A program made the translations under genes and the position numbers. 64,000 nt of DNA. It comes from Tubulanus polymorphus. Taxonomy: Eukaryota > Animalia > Nemertea. The DNA is taken from the NCBI RefSeq assembly GCF_964204645.1, contig NC_134029.1, positions 8,396,850 to 8,460,849 of the forward strand, given 5' to 3'. Of this stretch, positions 41,117 through 53,200 are shown in pieces (positions within the stretch are counted from its first letter, which is position 1; each line of letters begins with the position of its first letter). Below the pieces are notes generated by a model. The model ran no database searches and was not told the origin of the DNA. It saw nothing but the letters and a program-made list of their open reading frames with translations.

Positions 41117-41429
41117 TGTAGTTTCACAGGGAGATGATTTGGCCCCGGCAAAATTGGCACGAAACAGGCCCGAGTCAAATTTGGCCCGTGTCTAATTAGA
41201 GAGCGCGCTCACACGCAAACCACTCACTCGATACTAAACAATGCTTAAACAAAGCGAAATGAGTCGCGTTCTGAACCTGTGGCAATTCATATGCAATAAT
41301 TTGACCTGTGCTAAAATTCGGCTCCGGCTTGGTGTGACGCTTTTGGTTGGCCTAAATTTGGCCTGGGCCCATTTGGCACCCGTATGAACAGTTTTTCCGG
41401 ACCTAAAACGCTCATATGTGATCGCGGCT
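41117..41429 (-). mobile_element. Family A MITE, longest copy (used as reference)
   Basis: GGAGATGATTTGGCCC...GAGTCAAATTTGGCCCGTGTCTAATTAGAGAGCGCGCTCACACG...GTGATCGCGGCT. Confidence 0.8.
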
Positions 41430-42820
41430 TATATTACCACCTGATGATAGCTACCAGCATGATGTATAAAGTAGTTATTGTTTCGTAATGGGCAAAATGA
41501 GTGAGTAGAATAACCCTCATAACTTCGTTCTAATCACTGCATATCAAATTTTCCATCCCATTCAATATGTATCTTACATCTTTTAACAAAATTTTCACTA
41601 TTTGGTAAATTTGCCATTTTACTGATCAAAATCAATCCTGTGTACAACTAATCCGGATGAAATTTAACAATTTCTACGTAAATGCACATAAAGCTGATTC
41701 ACTGTGGCAGTACAGATTCAGAACATATGTAAGCATCCAAAGGAATTTACTGTCTAATATGCGCTGCCCATTCACAATTGAAGTGTCACACAGAATTTGT
41801 TTTCTGGTCCATTCCGCCACTGCTGCTGCTGCTGCTGAAATGACTTGTTGTTGTATGACACTTTTTATGATTAAGTGAAAAATGCAAAAATGCTTTGGAA
41901 ATCATTCACGCTCGACTGCGGGTCTCTTATGAAACTTGACATTTTGTCGTTTGCACATGAGCGCACACGAATGTACAAAACACCGACGAAGCCAGCAGTG
42001 GCGAGCGTAGGTACGGTTGGAGAGTACCGGTAGCTGCAGTCTCATCCGATGCCTCGTATACTGAAATAGGAATATCATAGCTGTAAACGTGCTGAAAAAT
42101 GCTAGCGGGCTATACAGCCTTATTCACATTTACCGGTACTTGACCTATAAGCCCTCAAGCCCTGACCCTTTATTCTTCTGCTAAACAAAAACAGTTAGGA
42201 TGCACAAGGCGTAAAAAGAGATACCTGTAATCCGGCATTGAAATTTATGATCAGTTCATTTCTATAGCTGCCGGGTCTGTTATGGTTAGCCTGATCACGA
42301 TTTCAAAATTGAAGGAAATGAGCTATTTTGTATTGTGATAGTGTGTTAATGGGCAAATATCGGAGATCCAAATACGGTACATAGCTACGAGAATTCATCC
42401 CTTAGTTGACTACTCTTTCGCACGAGTTTCAATATATTTCACTGCGATATGCCGCGATCGAAAAACGTATCTAAACAAGATTTAACGCAGCGGGAGTTCC
42501 CCGCCGCTGCAACATTGACTTTTTATCAATTCCTATCGATCCATTTCAAGGCATCGAAAAAATAGGTTGTCGCGACGATAAATTTCGAAACGAACGACTT
42601 TGCACTCGCCGCAACTGTAAATACCTTTAATGAAACACGAGCTATTCTCGAATTGTTTAGCTCGAGGAACGAAATTGCCACCGGGAGCGCTTCGAAAACT
42701 ATAAATTCGAAAATAAACAATTCAACCATGCCAGCCTATTACTGGAATTTTTCATAGCGGAATCAATATATCATCCGGAACATTGTTCGAAATTTCTGAT
42801 ACGCGAGAGTAAGAAATGAA

Positions 42821-42916
42821 GCCGCAGAGGTTGAGCGGTTTAGGGTCCGGTCGGTCTTTCGCGTACTGGTCTCATAAATCTAGGCTTCATGGGTTTGATT
42901 GAATCCTGGTGGCAGA
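42821..42916 (+). other. Decayed tRNA-derived (SINE-head-like) sequence
   Basis: A-box-like AGGTTGAGCGG, anticodon-loop-like GTCTCATAAAT and disrupted B-box GGGTTTGA..GAATCC. It cannot form an intact cloverleaf. Confidence 0.35.
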
Positions 42917-43999
42917 GTTTCTAGGGGTCGAATCATCTTTTTGCTCTCATTTTAGATAACTCTCACGAATAAACCAAGTCTTAGATTTTCAATATTGAAT
43001 TCTTAATACGGCAAACATTTTTCGTCGAATCGATGGCTTGAAAAAGGCTTTTTCGTAGGTTCGCATAGAACCAGATCTGCCAAATTTTTACATCAAACAA
43101 GACTTGCAGGAGCCAACAGTTTTTTCCAAACTGTTCTACTCAATCCAGAAAAGGCCTCTCGCCTTCACCCTGAACATGCTGGTAATAGGTTTTGATTGCA
43201 CCGAATATGAGATTAAGAACCAAAATCGAACGTCAAATAGAAACGTCAAGTGACACGATTGAAAACTGAAATTCGATAATCAAGTCTCGGTTCCGAAATT
43301 TAATCAACGACGCCGACTTCATTCGAAAAACAGTTGCGGTCAGCGGGTCAAAAATAGTCACAATTCTACAAAGCAATGACTTGATTATGAATAGAATTTC
43401 TATGCGCGCTCTGAAGAGATTTTTTTCTATCAATGAAAAGAGCAACGGAAGAAATCTCAACGCCGCAAACTTAATCAATTTGTCGCATTGAATCAGATCC
43501 TATCTTCAGTTCGGATGTTGTTGACTGAAACGTCCAAGAAAAACGTTTGATTGATCGTGGATAAAGGCCGATTGTATCTGATTATAATCGGCTAGACGGG
43601 CATTGGCCAGACGCGTCTAAAAAACCTTAGGCTAACATTATTTTTGGTTATTTCCTGGTTTTTGATTTATATGGCATTGATGGTGAAAGCGGACTACACC
43701 GGGTCAACAGGCAAAGGTCCTGTTTAACAATGGGGGCATACCGAACTTATTCCTTTCTATCGGCCGGCTACCGAAAGGACACAAAAAAACAATACTCTCA
43801 AACACACTGAAGAAAAACTGATTTAGTTTTCAATCAGAGGTCAACACAAGTTCATCAAATAATTGTTAGGCCCGATACAATGTAGAGGCTAATGATTCCT
43901 TTTTACAACAGGTGGCAGCATCTTCCGTGCATGTTAACAAACTAAATATCAGTTTCATATATTGGCACTAGGTGTCACCACTTTCTAGACCTTCTCCCA

Positions 44000-44582
44000 C
44001 AGTAAATCTTTTTCAAAACGAATAAAACAGATACTCCGTGACCAGCACCTTCAAGAAACTGTATCTGCCATAAATACTAATCCGATATACACTAACTTTA
44101 GGCAATATAAAAATGATATTAGGTTAGAGAAGTATATAATAGAACTTGGTGATGACTTAGGAACTAGTTTATTTAAATTTAGGGTCGGGTCCTATATTTT
44201 ATCTGTGAACAAATTTTCAAACCTTCATTTAGACAGAGCCGATAGAATATGCCTCACTTGTAATACTTTAGGTGACGAATCCAATTTTCTGTTTGACTGT
44301 ACCTTACTTAACGAATACCTTCAATACCCTTGATATTCTGAAAAACCCAACGGTCAAATTAGCTAAATTCAATAAGACCGGCTTAGATGTATATAGATCC
44401 CTCCAATAGTATATATAGTATTGTAAATAGTTGATGTATATATATATATTTTGTTACGTTTTCATTCTCTAAATTTTAATCACTTCAGTGTTGTTTTGTA
44501 AATATTTGTATATACATGTGTAATAGTTTTCCTCCATATACCATGGTAATGGTTTGAGTGTAAATAAAATCGTAAATCGTAA
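44000..44582 (+). mobile_element. 5'-truncated RTE-X-like LINE (ORF2 C-terminus, 3' UTR and tail)
   Basis: Open frame to the stop at 44333 reads KRIKQILRDQHLQE...FRQYK...LEKYI...LFKFRVGS...RADRICLTCNTLGDESNFLFDC (decayed CCHC knuckle). AATAAA is followed by an (AAATCGT)n tail. TCTCCCA flanks both ends (43993-43999, 44583-44589). Confidence 0.8.
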
Positions 44583-45499
44583 TCTCCCATTGAGGTGATG
44601 AGTGTAAATAAATTTCAAATTTCAATACGCACCCAAACACAGTATGAATATATTACTGCAAGCAAAGAAATAAATTTCTAATAACTTGTTGTGCCTATAC
44701 ATGATGAAATGTGATTAGTAACAATACAGACAACATATTGAAATTATTTCGTGAATATTCAATTAAGTCACCTTGTAATCTTTCTTGATGTACGTTTCAA
44801 TTAAAACCCGTCATCCCCTGCAAGTTACGAAAGTCCATCCGTGCTCATCATTTACATACGAATTTTAGCCAATCCTCCATGCGTCCCAGATAGCAACATT
44901 TTTTTAAAGAATTTCAAATTGCATCACATATACAATTAAGTTAGGGAGCTTCCAGCTCGCCCCTTCGGGTGCTTGTATCGAATAGATGCCAAGTTCAACT
45001 AGATTTAAATTTGGCAACATAGGATGAACTGTAGGGTCGAACTGTAGGGTCGCACAGTGCGATGTACGATGACAAACCCATCACCCAACATACAAAGTGG
45101 AAGTATTTAAATCACGAATTAACGTGAAACGTTCTTCTGGTTCTGGTTCTTCTACAAATTTGCGCTCTACCCTGAAACATGAAACACAGTCTACTGAAAT
45201 ATTAGCTGCGATCACACAGGCATAGTTGACCTGCGCTGGATTAGATCCAGGCCAACTGTTCACACTAGTGCCAAAAAGGCCCCGGTCTGTTTGAGATGGA
45301 TGAGAGCCAGGCCAAATTCTAGTACGCAAATTATCGCGTGCGAATGTCAGACTAGCCGAACATGAAACACCAACACACAATAAACAATCAGCAAAAAGCG
45401 AATCACTGGACTGATCAAAATCACCACCACTTAGATATCATCATGTAATATGATGACCAGTTTTTCATGTCAAGTTACGCTGTAGGTTAGTTTAGTTAT

Positions 45500-45790
45500 G
45501 GTTCTAATTTTGCTGTGGGCGATGATGTGGGCGATACAAACAGTGAAACGCATAAAAACATGATCTGTTTCTCATTTCAAGTATTTTCTTACTAGGTGCA
45601 CTAGGCTAAAGCAAGCCATCAAACAATAAATCAAGCATTTTGTTACGGTTCTAGTTTTGCTCAAGCCAATGATGTGGGCGATTTAAACAGTGAAACACAA
45701 AATCCGTTTCTTGTTTCAAGTATTTTCTTACTACGTGCACTAGGCTCAAGGGAGTCATCACGCAATAAATCAAGTATTTGGTTAAGTCTT
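45500..45790. repeat. Diverged tandem dimer, 147-bp period
   Basis: GGTTCTA.TTTTGCT...GATGTGGGCGAT..AAACAGTGAAAC...TTTCAAGTATTTTCTTACTA.GTGCACTAGGCT starts at 45500 and 45647. Confidence 0.85.
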
Positions 45791-47133
45791 TGGTAAGAAG
45801 AGGGACAATTCTTATTGACGTTTGACGCACAATTGTCCCTAGGTGTCGCCACCTTCTGGAGCAACGGCTACACCGAGTAAAATGTTGATTAAGAAAACAA
45901 GCGCCCACGTTTTCATATTTCATATATTCCCGATACACTAAGTCTTAATACAAGGGGACAATTTCTACTTATGTTCGGTGCCCGTGTTCTCTTTCATGCA
46001 GTCATGAAAAGCATGTGCGCGTGCCGGATACCGAAGAGTCAAGAATCAACTGTGATTAGCAGCTGATACCAAATTCAGACACCGTCACACACGGCGTTAA
46101 GCACCTTTTTGTCGGAAACAAACAAACGTTCACTCTCAATTACTTAACGGCGACAGAAGGAATCATAGGCAGATAGAGACATTTACACTGCGCCTATACA
46201 CAGCAACTCTAGTCATCGGTTACCCAATGTTCTAAACATGGGAGATGTCAAAGGCCATTTCATCTTGATATTTTGACGCCATAAAAGCCATTACAATTAT
46301 GTTTGTGCACATTGATGCGTACTAAGGAGTTCTGCGTGAGTCTATGTATACTACGTCATCAATATCAGCGTTCCAAATTAACAATTACAATTGTGAAATT
46401 CGGCGTTAATTTCGTAATTAGATATACTTCATGAGTATACTCCTGCGGCGTTGGAACCATAGCGACTGCAGCGGTAAAAGCCGTTGCATTTATTTACTGA
46501 ATGACGTTTCTTTTCTTTCTAAACTATGTTTTTGACGAAATTGAAGTAAATTCGCCGCCGCAATATTTAGAACCTGTCAAAAATCAGAAATTAGCCGCGG
46601 CAATCAAAAATTGCTTCCAACACGACCGTACTCTTATTTTTGATAAATTCTATTTTTGAAAGGATGTGCATTACGTCATCAATACATCGCAGCTAGATTG
46701 TTATTAATATGGCCTGACCTTTCCCTGATTTCCAGGCAAGAAGCCACAAAATCGATTTTCGAGACCAAAGTGCTGAATTCAAGGCTATTCGAGGATTTCA
46801 AGGCTCGCTACGAGCACTGATTGACAGAGTGCTTAAAAGGGAATTGAACTAGGTGCTCGTAAAAATGGTCACCTCCAACGAGAGGTAAACCTTTATGAAG
46901 TCAAAGATCGACGCGAAAAATCATACATACGCACAACATCCATTAATTAACGAGGAAGAGAAAATTACGTGTATCTAAGTATGAATCTATCCGAGAGATT
47001 TTGCCGTTAATGTAAAACATACAAATGATTTGTCCCTTGTCGTTAATGCAGGTAAGATGAGACACAAAAGGAACAACACCATTAGATGTATTACTATTTC
47101 ATCTGCATAAACATATTACACGTGTACCTCAAC

Positions 47134-47570
47134 ATTGGGATGAACAGTAGAATACCGCCGGGTGAAATATGGTTTACTTCGAAAAAAAGTTCAATAGGTT
47201 TAGAGGTTAGAACCAGCAAAGACAAACTCTGAGATCTGATTTTAAATTTGTACCTTGTAAATTTGATAAGTTGCTTTGGGTTAAAGAAAGACGTTATAAA
47301 AGACAGCAAATTTTGGATCTTGAGGTTATCAATACAAACAACCCAAAGAAATTCTGGGGAAAAAGTCAATGGATCGTTCTTCCACTGTTAAAAAAACCCC
47401 AATAGGTATTGAAAATATGGATAGAGAAATGGTTTATGATACAAAATATGTTTTTGATAGGTGGAAAGATGATTTTGTCGAATCGTTGTATAAAAAATCA
47501 GGAGTAGAAATAGATGAACACGCTTATGGTGAATCAATTAATGGGAAGCTAGATACTGAAAATGTAGGTT
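47134..47570 (+). pseudogene. Decayed LINE ORF2 fragment (endonuclease-RT linker, RTE-X-like)
   Basis: With stops and frameshifts it reads HWDEQ*...LRSDFK...KFDKLL..KERRYKRQQI..LE.INTNNPKKFW...DTKYVFDRWKDDF..LY. Confidence 0.65.
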
Positions 47571-47697
47571 AAAATTGCCCAGGTATCTGTAGCAGTTTTC
47601 ATGCTGGGTATTACCCCTAGTTTGTATCATATCTTATGCTTAATTAGTATCTTAGTTCTCGACCGTATTTAGATCTCATTATTTCAACATAACACTT

Positions 47698-47810
47698 GCA
47701 TTCCTGAAGATGACTTTTAGAATATAGGCAAAACATCCCAGAGATATTAAAACCCGAAGAAAATTTTTCGACTTTTTTTAAATTCCGATATGGGATTTCA
47801 CACGACCTCG
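47698..47810 (+). repeat. Third, more decayed copy of the hammerhead-bearing unit
   Basis: ATTC-CTGAAGA-T-GACTTTTAGAATATAGGC-AAAACATC...GAAAATTTTTCGACTT...TGGGATT is colinear with 19285-19400. Confidence 0.6.
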
Positions 47811-47828
47811 AAGAATTGGGGTTTTTCC

Positions 47829-48353
47829 CAACTGTGTGTCACATCTCCCCTTCGTGTGAAATTATGATCCGTAATTTTGTTAATAATCCCCTGTTCTATA
47901 TTGTGCGACTTGTTCAGAAAATAGTTTGCATTCAGAAATAAAAATCATCACCCCGAAGTTGTTTTCGTTTTCATCTATCAGCGATAGTTTACTCAACCAT
48001 ACACTTACGTAACGCTGATAACACCACTCCGCGCAGAAATGTGCGGAGGAGACGTTGCTATAACGTCATCGCCTTCATTTGCATAGCATAACGCAATAAT
48101 GGCGGCGCCAAATTACGGGCCGCTGAAGCAGTTACGCCAGCGTATTCTCGGTAAACAATCGCTGATACTTGAACTTGAATTTTACTGCTCCATATAATAT
48201 ACAAGTTACATGATAGATGAAAATAAATACAAGCTTATTTCTGAATGAAAAATGTTTAAAATACAGAGATCAACTGATTACTAACGATATTGCGGCTCTA
48301 AACAACGCACGACGCATGGAGAGCATGTGTGACAGACAGTAGATGACTGTTTA
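47829..48353. mobile_element. Fold-back MITE with long imperfect inverted arms (possibly Kolobok-type)
   Basis: Mirror pairs ACTGTGTGTCACA/TGTGACAGACAGT, CATTCAGAAATAA/TTATTTCTGAATG, TTTTCATCTATCA/TGATAGATGAAAA and TCAGCGAT.GTTTAC/GTAAAC.ATCGCTGA. The right end abuts TTAA. A related end lies at ~58953-58980. Confidence 0.65.
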
Positions 48354-48830
48354 AAGAGAATTTTTACCTAGCAGATTTTTTACTACTATATCTGTCATCG
48401 GGAAACCGGTGAATATTGAATAATGGTTTTATAATAATAACAATAATAATAATAATAAATATAGCTGCAAAGCAGCGATAACGGGTTTTCTGCACAGTCT
48501 TAGAATCCTGTTCAACGGTGGATTTCAACAAAGCATTTGATAAGGCTCAACATCAGCCATTACTGAACAGGCTATTAGGAAACAGTATCAATGATAGGTC
48601 GCCCAAATGGCACAGCAGTTATCTCTGAACGGAAACTTGTAACCGAAATCAACGGAACGCCTCATCTTGGAATGAGACGGTCTAACTAGTGGAGTCACGC
48701 AAGGTAGTATCCTAAGTCGTCTTCTGTTTAATGTCCTGACAAATGACATACACAGTAATCCAAAATATACCAGACCGAGTAAATTTCCAAAACAACCTTA
48801 ACACACTGTTCGACCAAAAATTTAATGTTC

Positions 48831-49090
48831 CGACAAAACCAAAATTATGAATTGTCGCGGGTGACAAAACCAAAATATTGAATTGTCACGGGCGACAAAA
48901 CAAAAATAATGAATTGTCACGGGTGATAAAACCAAAATAATGAATTGTCGCGGGCGATAAAACCACAATAATGAATTGTCGCGGGCGTTAAAACCAAAAT
49001 ATTGAATTTTTGCAGGCGATAAAACCAAAATAATGAATTGTCGCGGACGACAAAAACAAACTATTGAATTGTTGCGTGCGACAAAATCAA
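48831..49090. repeat. 31-bp minisatellite, block 1 (~8 copies)
   Basis: Unit AAAACCAAAATAATGAATTGTCGCGGGCGAY. Confidence 0.95.
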
Positions 49091-50237
49091 ACTAGGAGTC
49101 CAGGGACACCATGCTCACTTGGGCAGTGGTTTCAAATGCTCAACAATCTAACAATTTCAATACATAACGCCCTCTGGTGACCATATACAAAAACCAATGA
49201 CCTTGAAACCTACCACAATCATAGAACATGTGAGCAGCTATGATTTTGTAATTGATTGTGATAACAAAATATGCCTCGTTACCAATTCAATATGGAAATA
49301 CTAAGTTATTCTACTATTCAACGCCCCCCGGTGACCATATGCAAAACCCAATGACCTTAAAACTCACCACAATCGTAGTACATGTCATGAAATACAACTT
49401 TGCAATTGATCATAGTAACAAAATATGCCTAGGTACCAATCTAATAAGGAAATACTAAGCCATTCTACTATTCAGCGCCCCCTGGTGACTATATGGAATA
49501 ACTAATGTCCTTAAATACTCACCACAATCATAGACGATGTCATGAACTACAACTTTGCAATGGATTATGGTAACAAACTATGCCTAGGTACCAATCTAAT
49601 AAGGAAAAACTAAGCTTTTCTACTATTCAACGCCCCCTGGTGACTATATGGAATAACTAATGTCCTTAAAAACTCACCACAATCATAGACGATGTCATGA
49701 TCTACAACTTTGCCATTGATCATGGTAACAAAGTATGCCTTGGTACAAATATAATATAGCGATACTAAGTTATTGTATTATTCAACGCCCCCTGATGGCC
49801 ACATACAAAAACCAATGACCTTGAAACTCACCAAAATCATAGAACACGTTATGGGCTACAACTTTCCAATTAAATATAGTAACACAATATGCTTAGGTAT
49901 CAATTAATTGTGGAAAAACTTTTTCCCACCTACGAATGAGTACTGATGACACCAAGATGGCCGCCAATTGCGTCATAATTGGCTGATCAAAAATACCTGT
50001 CCCAGGTATAAAACATCCCTCTCTAAAGAATATCCATCAGCAATTGCAATGAGAAATGGCAAACCAGTAGGAAGCTACAGGACCTAGAATACTGGCCAAA
50101 ATTGACATTTTTGGGCACTAAAAAGGTCATAGGACGGCCATCTTGAGTCAGATCGACCCAATTTTCTTATGCTGATGGGCCTTTGGTAGATTCAAATATA
50201 AACGAAAGATCAAGGTAAGAGTCTTCAAAATTTTCTT
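49089..50237 (+). mobile_element. Nested HINE-like element (3' truncated) with five 154-155-bp core repeats
   Basis: Starts AACTAGGAGTCCAGGGACACCATGCTCACTTG and splits the 31-bp array. Units start at 49165, 49319, 49473, 49628 and 49783. The downstream part is colinear with 52630-52875. Confidence 0.75.
49165..49801 (-). promoter_or_regulatory. Array of five co-oriented CTCF-like motifs, one per 155-bp repeat
   Basis: Minus-strand reads include TAGTCACCAGGGGGCGCTG (49473-49491) and TGGCCATCAGGGGGCGTTG (49783-49801), versus the consensus TGGCCACCAGGGGGCGCTA. Binding is not demonstrated. Confidence 0.5.
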
Positions 50238-51298
50238 CGGGCGACAAAACCAAAGTAATGAATTGTCGCGGGCGATAAAACCAAAATAATGAATTGTCTC
50301 GTGCGACAAAACCAAAATAATAAATTGTCGCGGGCAATAAAACCAAAATAATGAATTATCACGGGCGATAAAACCAAAATATTGAATTGTCGCGGGCGAT
50401 AAAACCAAAATATAAAACCAAAATAATGAATTGTCGCGGGCGTCAAAACCAAAAGAAGAATTGTCGCGGGCGACAAAACCAAAATAATGAATTGTCACTG
50501 AAGATAAAACCAAAGTAATGAATTGTCGTGGGCGATAAAACCAAAATAATGAATTGTCACTGGAGATAAAACCAAACTAATGAATTGTCGCGGGCGACAA
50601 AACCAAAAAAAGAATAGTGGGGGCGACAAAACAAAAATAATGAATTGTCGCGGGCGACAAAACCAAAATGGTGAATTGTCCAGGCGACAAAACCAAAATG
50701 GTGAATTGTCGTGGGCGACAAAACCAAAATAATGAATTGTTGCGGGCGATAAAACCAAAATGATGAATTGTCTCGGGCGACAAAACCAAAATAATGAATT
50801 ATCGCGGGCGATAAAACCAAAATATTGAATTGTCGCGGGCGACAAAACCAAACTAATGAATTGTCGCGGGCGATAAAGCCAAAATAATGAATTGTCGCGG
50901 GCGATAAAACCAAAATATTGAAGTGTCGCGGGTGATAAAACCGCGACAAAAAGAGAAAAAAATTGTCGCGGGCGATAAAACCAAAATAATGAATTGTCGT
51001 GGGCGATAAAACCAAAATATTGAATTGTCGTAGGCGCCAAATCCAAAAAATGAATTGTCGCGGGCGATAAAACCAAAATCTTGAATTGTCGCCATTGTCG
51101 TGGGCGACAAATCCAAAAAATGAATTGTCGCGGGCGATAAAACCAAAATCTTGAATTGTCGCCATTGTCGTGTGCGACAAAACCAAAATAATGAATTGTC
51201 GCGGGCGATAAAACCAAAATATTGAATTGTCGCGGGCGACAAAACCAAAATATTGTTTGTCGCGGGTGACAAAACCAAATTAATGAATTGTCGCGGGT
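50238..51298. repeat. 31-bp minisatellite, block 2 (~34 copies)
   Basis: Same unit as 48831-49090. It is the source of the repetitive minus-strand ORFs (VLSPATIHYFGF...). Confidence 0.97.
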
Positions 51299-52315
51299 AG
51301 GCCTAAAGCCGCGTCAAACTCGATAAACACTTCAAGCGACACAGCGAACGATCCCTTTCCCCCACAGCGAACGCTTACTCCGAATGTCAAGTGTGAGTCC
51401 AGCATACGGATAGGAGTGTGTTATATACTTGTATTTAGTAAATACCTTGTGCATTTGACAATGATCGGTATGTACTGTAGGAAATATAGAGTATTGATGG
51501 TATTGATATAGAGGTTGAAGCCCGCAGCCGAATTAAGTAATATATTCTTTTATTTTGATACCTCGTCGACATAACTGCTTTTCTCCGCTATATCTCTTCG
51601 GCGTGTTTAGTTTAGGCCTACGATTCCCCAGTACACTAAAGATTTATCTTAGTAAATACACGGTTAATTCGGTAAAGAAAAATAGGTATTGTTATACTAA
51701 CTCCTTGAAACCTGCAGCCAAATCACTGGTAGTAATAAATTAATTTGTACTCGATTTGATTCTCATGATGAGGAGAAACTCGCAGCTGATCCCCGGAACG
51801 ACGATGTAGTAACACACGTTGATTCGTCGATGTTTACGGCTCGACAGTGCTTTTAAAATCTAAAGTAGTAAATTTCCAGTGTATCGGTAATATGATTTGA
51901 TGAGGAAAATGGGCTATTGTTAAAATCACTGTTTGAAGACCGCGACTGAATTTGAAGTCTGCGGCAATAAATTAGTTCATTTATACTTGAATTGATAATC
52001 GAAGTGACAGTCGGCCTGCGGGTTGATTTCGGGATGACGACTCGAAAAACATGTCGCCCCATTGAATGGGGCAAAATTTTCGATGTTTACGGCCCGACAG
52101 CGCTTTTGTAACGATGATTCGTGAAAAAACACGCGGGCTATTTGTAGATCTCAGTGAGCTGAACGATATTATATGGATTGTATATGAAACAGCGGTAAGG
52201 TAACAAAGCCTATGTTCTTTTGGTAAAAATAGTGTGGAAGAAAATAATAATAATAATAATCACGCGGATATCAATAGGGTTTTCTGTGAAATAACAGAAA
52301 ACCCTAATAATAATG

Positions 52316-53040
52316 ACAAGAGCCCCAAGGGGCACAATGGCCAGCCTGTCAGATTTGCTTTTTATAGATGATGTAATCTGTGGGTTATATTTATCAATAT
52401 ACACTCCCTGCTCAATATCATTTACATAGTAAAATCGTGTGTTAACACAGACAGCAGGAACGAACGTAATATAGAAATACTAAGTTATTGTATTGTTCAA
52501 CGCCCCCTGGTGGCCATAAAAAAACCAATGAGCTTGAAACTCACCTCGATCATAGAACATGTCATGAGCTACAACTTTCCAATTGATTGTAGTAGCAAAA
52601 TATGCTTAAGTATCAATTATGATGTGGAAAAACTTTTTTTCCACCTACGAATGAGTACTGATGACCCCAAGATGGCTGCCAAGTGCGTCATAATTGCCTG
52701 GTCAAAAATACCCTCTCGGATATAAAAGATCCCTTTCCAAAGAATACCCATTACAAATTGCAAGGTCACAGTACGGCCATCTTGAGTCTGATCGACTCAA
52801 TTTTTCTCATGCCGATGGGCCCTCGGGGGATACAAATGATCAAGGTTATTGATAAAAGTGTCTTCAAAATTTCCCTCGAAAACTTCAAAAATGTGTAAAA
52901 AGTGCTGATTTTGGCGAACAACAATGGCTGCCAGTCGGCCATCTTGAATCTGACAGGGCCAGTTTTTGGTCTGAAGATGTGTCTAGTGTAGATACACGTA
53001 TAAAACAAATATCAAGACATTACCTTGAAGCGTCTTCAAA
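52316..53040 (+). mobile_element. HINE-like element with a single 155-bp core unit, truncated by an L2 fragment
   Basis: Starts ACAAGAGCCCCAAGGGGCACAATGGCCAGCC (shared with 57933). CTCF-like motif at 52498-52516 (17/19 to consensus), plus CAAGATGGCTGCC and GGCCATCTTG motifs. Confidence 0.7.
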
Positions 53041-53200
53041 ACTTTGGAACTCTCACGAACTATCTAGATGGTTATCTCTCGACCTCAATAGCTTCAAGAC
53101 CCATCTCAAAACAACTTTGTTCCATGCAGCATACCATTAACTCTCGGAAAGCGAATTGTATTTAACATTTTTTGGCAGAATAAAATTTGATTGAATTTGC
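53039..53200 (+). mobile_element. L2/CR1-group LINE 3' end
   Basis: Frame 53039-53140 reads KLWNSHELSRWLSLDLNSFKTHLKTTLFHAAYH*, matching the LWNSL...SFK..LKT.LF terminus. It is followed by AATAAA and a short repeat tail. Confidence 0.7.

Larger units (their letters stand above)
48457..52308 (+). mobile_element. Large composite Helentron/HINE-like element
   Basis: Starts after (AAT)n with a GCTGC-AAA-GCAGC hairpin and GGGTTTTCTG (48483-48492). Ends with (AAT)n and a 13-bp hairpin TAGGGTTTTCTGT-GAAATA-ACAGAAAACCCTA (52275-52306) whose 3' arm is the inverted partner of the 5' motif. Confidence 0.6.

Noticed and set aside
42821-42916. Functional tRNA-Met gene
   Set aside because: Insertions disrupt the D and T arms and the acceptor stem does not pair. 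Kept only as a SINE-like relic.
50148-51278. Overlapping minus-strand ORFs up to 240 aa
   Set aside because: They are stop-poor translations of the 31-bp satellite in all three frames.
48831-51298. CRISPR-like appearance of the palindromic 31-bp repeats
   Set aside because: The repeats are contiguous with no unique spacers, there are no cas genes, and the context is eukaryotic. It is a minisatellite.
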